Shown piece after piece: positions 1 to 5,614 of a stretch of DNA of 12,590 nt. How positions within the stretch are numbered: position 1 is the stretch's first letter; every line of letters begins with the position of its first letter. Source of the DNA: Promethearchaeota archaeon (GTDB taxonomy: Archaea > Asgardarchaeota > Thorarchaeia > Thorarchaeales > Thorarchaeaceae); assembly GCA_014728035.1 (NCBI GenBank), contig WJMJ01000145.1:1-12590 (forward strand), read 5' to 3'. A program made the translations under genes and the position numbers. The notes below the pieces were generated by a model. That model did not search any database. It saw nothing but the letters and a program-made list of their open reading frames with translations, and had not been told where the DNA came from.

Positions 1-124
1 ATATATCCTCTTCATCTTCATCAAACTCAGGAATTTCATCCTGTTCGAGGAAGATTCTATCTCCTACTTCTAGGAGATATTCTTGATCATCTAGGATTAC
101 CTTAGATTCCCTAGTTACGATCAT
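1..124 (-). CDS. Partial CDS (runs off the left edge): MIVTRESKVILDDQEYLLEVGDRIFLEQDEIPEFDEDEEDI..., paralogue of 1429..2049
   Basis: Read by hand: ATG at 124, open to the window edge. Only 3 mismatches in 124 nt versus 1926..2049. Overlaps the end of 111..461. Confidence 0.85.
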   Translation of the reverse strand, partial: MIVTRESKVILDDQEYLLEVGDRIFLEQDEIPEFDEDEEDI

Positions 125-461
125 CTAATAATTTACTTTCCGCATCCATAATAGCATATGCGCCTAATAATCTATCATCCTCTTTCGATATTTCTGATAA
201 ATCAATTTCATCATATGTAGATTCAAATTCAACTTCATTTGGTGCTTCGGGTTCATCACGACTAAGCGGGTGTCCGAAATAAACAGTATATGCTATTTCT
301 ATTTCGCGCTCTTCTGGATCTATAGAACTAGGCAGATCAATGAACATATAATCTTTATAAACTTTATCAATTAATCTGCGATCGACTGGCGGCTCATACA
401 CGCGATTAATCATATTGCGATCATATTTGAGACGAGAATCAATCATTTCCATAATATTCAT
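111..461 (-). CDS. Acidic hypothetical protein, paralogue of 475..822
   Basis: 116-aa ORF with GGGGTG upstream. Shares MNIxEMIxSRL, IDPxExxI and GxPxxRDE with its neighbour. Confidence 0.8.
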   Translation of the reverse strand: MNIMEMIDSRLKYDRNMINRVYEPPVDRRLIDKVYKDYMFIDLPSSIDPEEREIEIAYTVYFGHPLSRDEPEAPNEVEFESTYDEIDLSEISKEDDRLLGAYAIMDAESKLLDDRN

Positions 462-474
462 GTCTTAACACCCC

Positions 475-822
475 CTATATTGTTTTGCCTCTTGCTTTAT
501 CCAACAAATGCTGTCCATGCATTGCCTCTTCCTCCTGTGCATTTTCTATAACCTTCTGCACAGCCAAATATTCCAAATTATCAATTTCTTCATCTGGCCA
601 GCCCGAGAAATCCACATCATTATCATTCATGTCCACAATTTGTGTTATTTCTGCGTTTGTATCAATTCCTTCCTCATCCCGTGTGGATGGCTGACCCAAT
701 GTGGCATCATAATAAACAACAATATCACTTTCATTGGGGTCTATTTGATAAGGCATCGAGTATTCAAACGATCCAGATACATTCCCCCTTAAACGAGAAT
801 TAATCATTTCTAAAATATTCAT
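475..822 (-). CDS. Acidic hypothetical protein, paralogue of 111..461
   Basis: 115-aa ORF, GAGGAG RBS, start abuts the upstream stop. Confidence 0.8.
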   Translation of the reverse strand: MNILEMINSRLRGNVSGSFEYSMPYQIDPNESDIVVYYDATLGQPSTRDEEGIDTNAEITQIVDMNDNDVDFSGWPDEEIDNLEYLAVQKVIENAQEEEAMHGQHLLDKARGKTI

Positions 823-1137
823 CTACATCTCCTCAACTGGAATTAATTCATCTAAAAATCTGCGAAGAGATTGTGGCCTTACTCCCGATGGCAATTTATG
901 AACTATTTGTGTAGGTCCACATTCCATCTTTTCACACAATCTTTTGACAAATCTGAGGAGCCAATTATCAGATGCACTTGGGGCCACAAAGTATCTGGCA
1001 TTATCACCATCACCCACTTTCAAGGATTTTCTGATGATAGCACCCTCAGACATTATATCGATGTGGTCGCCTTTTTCCAACAAAAGGCGACCAACATCTG
1101 CTTGAATCTCGGCGTTTTCGGTTATTAGATATCTCAT
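823..1137 (-). CDS. Hypothetical protein with a diverged N-terminal LExGDxI module
   Basis: 104-aa ORF, ATGA overlap with the upstream gene. N-terminus is YLITENAEIQADVGRLLLEKGDHIDIMSE. Confidence 0.8.
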   Translation of the reverse strand: MRYLITENAEIQADVGRLLLEKGDHIDIMSEGAIIRKSLKVGDGDNARYFVAPSASDNWLLRFVKRLCEKMECGPTQIVHKLPSGVRPQSLRRFLDELIPVEEM

Positions 1138-1358
1138 TGTTTGGGCTGGACAGGCTTATCTTGTTTTGCCTTCATCTTTTGAATATCAATGAAACCCTGC
1201 GCTACAATATAGGCAACGGCAATGACACCAATAGCAATGATCTTGGCCAAATCAGCAGCATAAATAATAAATGCAGCGGCCAAAGCGCCAACGATCACCT
1301 TCTTTGAGGTAACAAATTCGATAAGATTAGAAATTCTTTCCTTGATAAAATCAACCAT
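1134..1358 (-). CDS. Small two-TM membrane protein, holin-like (74 aa, MVDFIKER...)
   Basis: Start reassigned to ATG 1358, which has an AGAAGGAG RBS. Two hydrophobic segments, a YIxxQGxxD motif and a basic C-tail, as in many phage holin-like proteins. Confidence 0.65.
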   Translation of the reverse strand: MVDFIKERISNLIEFVTSKKVIVGALAAAFIIYAADLAKIIAIGVIAVAYIVAQGFIDIQKMKAKQDKPVQPKQ

Positions 1359-1360
1359 GT

Positions 1361-1429
1361 TTACTCCTTCTCCGCGTGAACAAACAACTCCAACAAAAAT
1401 CCAACAACCAATAAGATGATATGAGTCAT
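1361..1429 (-). CDS. Possible 22-aa hydrophobic peptide MTHIILLVVGFLLELFVHAEKE
   Basis: ATG overlaps the upstream TAA (TAATG), GAGGG RBS, fills the gap almost exactly. Too short for the ORF track. Confidence 0.4.
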   Translation of the reverse strand: MTHIILLVVGFLLELFVHAEKE

Positions 1430-2049
1430 TATATCCCTCGTTGATATTCATACCATAATCGTTTATTTTTCCTGATGGCGTCTTCGCCCTCTGGCCATCG
1501 ACCTTGAACAACCTGACGAGCATACTGGTACGCATCTCTAGTATTACGTGCAATTACTTCTTCTGCTTCTGGCCATCTATCTTTAATTACTGCAAGAGCA
1601 TATCTATAGGCAGAATATGGATCCTGTTTGATTACTTCCTCTGCCTCAGGCCATCTTCCCTTGATCACATCACGAGCATACTTATAAGCATACCATGGAT
1701 CTTGCTTGATTGTGTTCTCAGCCTCAGGCCATCTTTCCCCAGTATAATATGCATATTCATAGGCATACCCAGGATCCTGTTTAATTACAGATTCACCTGC
1801 AGGCCATCTATTATTATTCATAATTTCATTGACAAATCTGATGACAAAATCAGGATCTTGTTTGATAGCATTAAGTACTCTCTTATCATCAGGGTGCTCT
1901 TTGATGTATTCTATTGGATCACCGAATATATCCTCTTCATCTTCATCAAACTCAGGAATTTCATCCTGTTCGAGGAAGATCCTATCTCCTACTTCTAGGA
2001 GATATTCTTGATCATCTAGGATTACCTTGGATTCCTTAGTTACGATCAT
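1429..2049 (-). CDS. LExGDxI-module protein with about five 26-aa helical repeats (RWPEAExxIKQDPxxAYxYAxxVIKG)
   Basis: 206-aa ORF, GGAG RBS, tandem repeats visible in protein and DNA. Confidence 0.9.
   Translation of the reverse strand: MIVTKESKVILDDQEYLLEVGDRIFLEQDEIPEFDEDEEDIFGDPIEYIKEHPDDKRVLNAIKQDPDFVIRFVNEIMNNNRWPAGESVIKQDPGYAYEYAYYTGERWPEAENTIKQDPWYAYKYARDVIKGRWPEAEEVIKQDPYSAYRYALAVIKDRWPEAEEVIARNTRDAYQYARQVVQGRWPEGEDAIRKNKRLWYEYQRGI
1432..1866 (-). repeat. Intragenic ~78-nt (26-aa) tandem repeats
   Basis: Five RWP units in the translation; ggccatct recurs at ~78-nt spacing. Confidence 0.85.
1926..2049 (-). repeat. Dispersed N-terminal cassette, copy B (other copies at 1..124, 4906..4997 and ~5425..5614)
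   Basis: Direct nucleotide comparison: a few mismatches over the shared ~92-nt core. Confidence 0.95.
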
Positions 2050-2061
2050 CTAGTCTCCACA

Positions 2062-2469
2062 TCAAGATATCTCAATGTTGCATTTATTAAATGAATAATC
2101 GAACCCACGACATGGATTATATCTGTTTACTGGTTCTTCATCTTGAACTGGTGGTACATCAGCATTTTCTCTGAGTATAGAATACCAATCAACACGATCT
2201 ATATCACACGGACACACAAAATCGGGTGGTGGACCATCAGGAAGTACAAAATACCTCTGATCATAATTTGGCCCAAATTCAACATGTGATCCGGGTATTA
2301 CTTCTAAAGCCTTTTTCACGGTTATATAAGACGAATGACATTCATCACGAATACCTACCATCAACCCCTCAGTGGTTGCTGCGGATACTGGTTCACATCC
2401 AGGCACCAACATAGTACCACCTGGCATAATTGTAATTCTGTTTGCTACTCTTATTTCAGGAGCACTCAT
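2062..2469 (-). CDS. Hypothetical Cys/Pro-rich protein
   Basis: 135-aa ORF with an AGGAG RBS. Confidence 0.75.
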   Translation of the reverse strand: MSAPEIRVANRITIMPGGTMLVPGCEPVSAATTEGLMVGIRDECHSSYITVKKALEVIPGSHVEFGPNYDQRYFVLPDGPPPDFVCPCDIDRVDWYSILRENADVPPVQDEEPVNRYNPCRGFDYSFNKCNIEIS

Positions 2470-2488
2470 AGGAAGATCTCCTATGAGT
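2464..2488 (-). promoter_or_regulatory. Perfect 10-bp hairpin that sequesters the SD and AUG of 2062..2469
   Basis: Minus strand ACUCAUAGGA-GAUCU-UCCUAUGAGU. The SD lies in the 5' arm and the AUG (2469-2467) in the 3' arm. Confidence 0.65.
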
Positions 2489-2508
2489 ATATTTGCGAAG
2501 TGTTATAT

Positions 2509-2928
2509 CTATTCAAGTTCAAAGGTGATGCCAACACCAATTCTGTTCATTAGATCAAAAGCCTCTTCTTCCGACAGATCCAATCTTTCACTGATCTCAT
2601 CAATAGCATTCTCTATCATATGGGAACCAAGATCGCCAAGACTATCACTAGCACCCGATTCCAATTCTTTCAAAATACTTCTAATCTCATCGTCACGAGA
2701 ACCACCTTCTTCGGCCATTATTCTTATCTTATCGCCTTCCTCTAGCATATATTTCTTACCATCCAATTCTACTTCGACATTCTTGCTGACAACATGTCTA
2801 TCGATGTCTTCCTTCTCAAAGGTTTCTGGATCTCTGCCCTGCTTCTTGGCCGTGGCATAATAAATCTGCTTGCCCTTCTTCTTGCCATACTGTTTCTGAA
2901 ATTTCTTGATGATATCCTTGGGCATCAT
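2509..2928 (-). CDS. Hypothetical protein: basic N-terminus (KKFQKQYGKKKGKQIYYAT), internal LExGDxI module, acidic C-terminus
   Basis: 139-aa ORF, AAGGAG RBS (start 2928 or 2925). Confidence 0.85.
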   Translation of the reverse strand: MMPKDIIKKFQKQYGKKKGKQIYYATAKKQGRDPETFEKEDIDRHVVSKNVEVELDGKKYMLEEGDKIRIMAEEGGSRDDEIRSILKELESGASDSLGDLGSHMIENAIDEISERLDLSEEEAFDLMNRIGVGITFELE

Positions 2929-2934
2929 CTCTCC

Positions 2935-3321
2935 TTAGGTAAGGTAGGTTACTATCTCATATCTTCCAGATTCATCCATCTTGTGCCACACTAGGTATAA
3001 ATTTGAATTATCGTATGGTGCATAATATGGCTCATTCATATCTGGTCGATATTTGGCGCTCGATTCTGGTGCTATGTCTATTGATACACGACCATCATCA
3101 CCAGCCAGAAATCCTGCAAATTTTGTGTTGTCTTCTTGTAATGGAATGATATCATATTTGTTCAGAACCGCAAATATGTTGTCTAGAGGAATTATTTTAA
3201 AATAAATACCCGATACCAATTCCGCCAATTCATGATTAACTGTCTGTCGCATTTGATTGCGCAGGGTCTTACGATCTTCATTTATAACATTCAGCGCGTC
3301 ATTTAATTTATTCTTAAACAT
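2935..3321 (-). CDS. Hypothetical phage protein
   Basis: 128-aa ORF in series with its neighbours. No clear SD; GCAAAAATA motif just upstream. Confidence 0.8.
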   Translation of the reverse strand: MFKNKLNDALNVINEDRKTLRNQMRQTVNHELAELVSGIYFKIIPLDNIFAVLNKYDIIPLQEDNTKFAGFLAGDDGRVSIDIAPESSAKYRPDMNEPYYAPYDNSNLYLVWHKMDESGRYEIVTYLT

Positions 3322-3370
3322 GCATTATTTTTGCATTCTGTGGTTATCTTGAAGATGATTTAATACAAAT

Positions 3371-3402
3371 GGGGGAGGAGATCTACCCTGACCCCCTCCC
3401 CC
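3371..3402 (-). terminator. GC-rich 13-bp hairpin, probable terminator or 3' end of the ncRNA transcript
   Basis: Minus strand GGGGGAGGGGGUC-AGGGUA-GAUCUCCUCCCCC. Its two G-U pairs only work on the minus strand. Followed by AUUUGUAUU, a weak U-tract. Confidence 0.65.
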
Positions 3403-3436
3403 TAGTATAAGTTTTCAAGACTTAACTAATTCGGGC

Positions 3437-3625
3437 GGCTCATACTCATCATATAACGAATTGCCTCATTTTGCTAATGGCGCTCTACCACTGAGCTACG
3501 CGTCCTCGTATCCCTCTGCTTTGTCGGGCTTGGGACCGTCATCGGCAGCATTATTGGGGGACGCGATGGGATTCGAACCCATGACCACCAATTCATTGGA
3601 CAATTCGCATATCAAATAAAGAGCC
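3437..3625 (-). ncRNA. Circularly permuted tRNA-like RNA with no anticodon loop
   Basis: The 3' half comes first: UGGUC, AUGGG-UUCGAAU-CCCAU T-arm (3582-3566), CGCGUCC-C-CCA (3565-3555). The 5' half follows: GGACGCG-UA-GCUC-AGUGGUA-GAGC-G (3505-3481). Perfect 7-bp acceptor stem. CCAUU/AUUGG forms the anticodon stem, extended outward by CGAAUUG/CAAUUCG and GGCUC/GAGCC. Confidence 0.85.
3511..3554 (-). ncRNA. Twister self-cleaving ribozyme core; predicted cleavage between U3553 and A3552
   Basis: UAA UGCU GCC GAUG ACGG UCCCAAGC CCGA CAA AGCA GAGGG. P2 UGCU/AGCA, P4 CGG/CCG, pseudoknots GC/GC and CCC/GGG. Conserved U^A cleavage site and catalytic-G position (3516). Aligns closely with the Oryza sativa twister as I recall it. 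Confidence 0.85.
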
Positions 3626-3627
3626 TA

Positions 3628-3729
3628 CTGACACTAACTGGACAATAATCTGACACTGAATCTGCGGTGATAGTAAATGTTATCACGACAGATACGATGA
3701 TACTGATACTGCGGCTGACACTGTCCAGT
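3628..3729 (-). repeat. Structured short-repeat domain (CAGURUCAG units) between the 254-aa gene and the tRNA-like domain
   Basis: CAGTGTCAG at 3723-3715 and 3658-3650, CAGTATCAG at 3711-3703, CAGTATCAT at 3705-3697, TAGTGTCAG at 3636-3628. Closing stem ACUGGACA/UGUCCAGU plus an inner hairpin at 3693-3660. Confidence 0.7.
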
Positions 3730-3736
3730 AAAAATT

Positions 3737-4501
3737 TTATTTGCCAAGAATGTAGTTGGCAATCTCCTTTCCTATAGTCACATTCAAGATTTCCTGCTCG
3801 TTTGCACGCTGACGAGCTTTCTTTACTGCGCGTTGCAATTTATCAACCCTGCTGATAATAGAAGATTTGTCAGCAGGAGACAAAACACCAGACCAATGAG
3901 TCTCAATGAATTTTCCAATCGGCGCATCTTCATTCCATTTTTCAATTTGTGCTGGATGTTTATCAGTAGCATCATATAAGACCTTGTGCTGAACCACCTT
4001 CTTGGTGCGTCGTTTTTCAACAGGATTTGCCGTCTTATACACAGTACCCGTCGTGGCCTTGACATGCGTTTCGTCTTTTTCCCATTTAATCCCAGGCTGT
4101 AATGTTGGAATATTATCCAACACTTGTCTGATATCTTTCAACCTGGTTTCAAGGCCAAGAAGGAAAGTGGCCGGAACATCCTTAGCTATAGTCACCCCAT
4201 CCACAACAAGGTCGGTCCTTGCTTCTTGGTTGGTTCTCTCTTTCTGAATGAGTACATCCAGATATGGTATGATGGATTCACTAAATATATAATCCAATTT
4301 TTCATCCACCGTCGTTACCATTTCCACTTCTTCATCTGCCAACACGTCTGGATCATTCTCATCAAATGGCTCATAATGACGCACCTGAGCCATAAAATGG
4401 TTTGGCTTGTTCTTGAATGTGGCGGTTGCTTCGTTTAGAATTTTCTGGTAGGCACCCCGGTGGTCACCCTCTACTGCGATAATTTCGTGCAATTTACCCA
4501 T
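3737..4501 (-). CDS. Hypothetical protein (MGKLHEIIAVE...), largely helical/coiled-coil, upstream of the ncRNA
   Basis: 254-aa ORF with a strong AAGGAG RBS. I recall similar proteins in bacteria and phages but cannot assign a function. Confidence 0.9.
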   Translation of the reverse strand: MGKLHEIIAVEGDHRGAYQKILNEATATFKNKPNHFMAQVRHYEPFDENDPDVLADEEVEMVTTVDEKLDYIFSESIIPYLDVLIQKERTNQEARTDLVVDGVTIAKDVPATFLLGLETRLKDIRQVLDNIPTLQPGIKWEKDETHVKATTGTVYKTANPVEKRRTKKVVQHKVLYDATDKHPAQIEKWNEDAPIGKFIETHWSGVLSPADKSSIISRVDKLQRAVKKARQRANEQEILNVTIGKEIANYILGK

Positions 4502-4550
4502 TATAATCTCCTTTTGGTTGAATAGAGATATATAATGGTGCAGTAAATTA

Positions 4551-4997
4551 TTAACCGAAATATCTTCTTAGTAATTCTTTAGATTCATTATCATCTACCA
4601 AGTCTACAAAAAATTCAAGCGGAATCTCCATATAATTATCATCCATGCTTGACAGCAATTCATGAGCTACCTCTTTTATGATATCATAATGATCTGGGTC
4701 AATGTTAATAAAATCTTTGAGAATCTTATCCTTACTGTGTACTGTGGTGGTTGGCATATTTAGATCGGTCGTCTCTACAGACAGCGCAACTGACACTGAC
4801 ACTTTACCATTATTGCCTTCCATAGTTATCATATATAGGAATGGTCCTTCATAAGTGCTTTTATCACTCTCAGCATATCTACTTATGGATACCTTTACAT
4901 CAAAGATTTCATCCTGTTCGAGGAAGATTCTATCTCCTACTTCTAGGAGATATTCTTGATCATCTAGGATTACCTTGGATTCTTTAGTTACGATCAT
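4551..4997 (-). CDS. LExGDxI cassette fused to an unrelated ~117-aa body (148 aa)
   Basis: Start reassigned to 4997 (ATGA overlap with the upstream stop; matches the paralogue starts). Confidence 0.85.
   Translation of the reverse strand: MIVTKESKVILDDQEYLLEVGDRIFLEQDEIFDVKVSISRYAESDKSTYEGPFLYMITMEGNNGKVSVSVALSVETTDLNMPTTTVHSKDKILKDFINIDPDHYDIIKEVAHELLSSMDDNYMEIPLEFFVDLVDDNESKELLRRYFG
4906..4997 (-). repeat. Dispersed N-terminal cassette, copy C (identity ends after ...FLEQDEI)
   Basis: Two mismatches versus the copy at 5523..5614, then abrupt divergence. Confidence 0.95.
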
Positions 4998-5614
4998 AGG
5001 AATTTCCTCTTGTACGCACGCCACCATTTTGGACTTTGCTTGATTGTATCCTCAGCCTCAGGCCATCTACCATTAATTACATAACAAGCATAATAATAAG
5101 CTAATCGTGGATCTTGCTTGATGGTGTCCTCGGCCTCAGGCCACCTACCCTTGATCACATTACGAGCATATGCATTTGCCCATTCTGGATCTTGTTTAAT
5201 TATATCCTCTACCTCAGGCCACCTACCCTTGATCACATCACGAGCATACATATAAGACCATTTTGGATCTTGCTTGATTGTGTTCTCACCCTCAGGCCAT
5301 CTACCCTTAATCACATTAAAAGCATAATAATAAGACCAATATGGATCTTGCTTGATTGCCTCCTCACCCTCAGGCCATCTGCCCTTGATTACGTCATCGG
5401 CATATTCATAAGCCCATTTTGGATTTTGCTTGATAACATTAAGTACTCTATTATCATCAGGGTGCTCTTTGATGTATTCTATTGGATCACCGAATATATC
5501 CTCCTCATCCTCGAATTCTGGAATTTCATCCTGTTCGAGGAAAATCCTATCTCCTACTTCTAGGAGATATTCTTGATCATCTAGGATTACCTTGGATTCT
5601 TTAGTTACGATCAT
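4994..5614 (-). CDS. LExGDxI-module protein with 26-aa RWPE/KQDP helical repeats (206 aa), paralogue of 1429..2049
   Basis: Start reassigned to 5614 (ATGA overlap with the endonuclease stop). Five RWPE units. Confidence 0.9.
   Translation of the reverse strand: MIVTKESKVILDDQEYLLEVGDRIFLEQDEIPEFEDEEDIFGDPIEYIKEHPDDNRVLNVIKQNPKWAYEYADDVIKGRWPEGEEAIKQDPYWSYYYAFNVIKGRWPEGENTIKQDPKWSYMYARDVIKGRWPEVEDIIKQDPEWANAYARNVIKGRWPEAEDTIKQDPRLAYYYACYVINGRWPEAEDTIKQSPKWWRAYKRKFL
4997..5434 (-). repeat. Intragenic 78-nt (26-aa) tandem repeats
   Basis: ctcaggcca recurs every 78 nt (e.g. 5057 and 5135). Confidence 0.9.

Noticed and set aside
1359-1553. Long N-terminal extensions in the ORF track (starts 1553, 5027, 5623, 10900, 11660)
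   Set aside because: They overlap upstream genes. Downstream ATGs are favoured by RBS, stop-start coupling or paralogue alignment.
1504-1998. Plus-strand ORFs 1504..1998 and 5114..5563, and the other plus-strand ORFs in the track
   Set aside because: Antisense shadows of well-supported minus-strand genes. Their mutual similarity only mirrors the repeats.
3461-3600. Ordinary tRNA gene, or tRNA with an intron
   Set aside because: The halves are in reverse order (3' half upstream) and no canonical anticodon loop can be formed.
3628-3729. CRISPR array
   Set aside because: Units are only 6-9 nt, overlapping and irregularly spaced, with no spacer structure and no cas genes.
3437-3736. Two-piece permuted tmRNA
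   Set aside because: It has a canonical D-arm, an A3-U70 pair rather than G3-U70, and a C discriminator. There is no convincing tag frame after the 5' half, and the open SVSRSISI... frame in the repeat region has no start codon.
3823-4065. 80-aa nested minus-strand ORF
   Set aside because: Alternative frame inside the 254-aa gene, with no RBS or recognisable motif.
4994-5434. Diversity-generating retroelement TR/VR pair
   Set aside because: No reverse transcriptase in the window. Differences between repeats are not restricted to adenine positions, and both arrays are coding.
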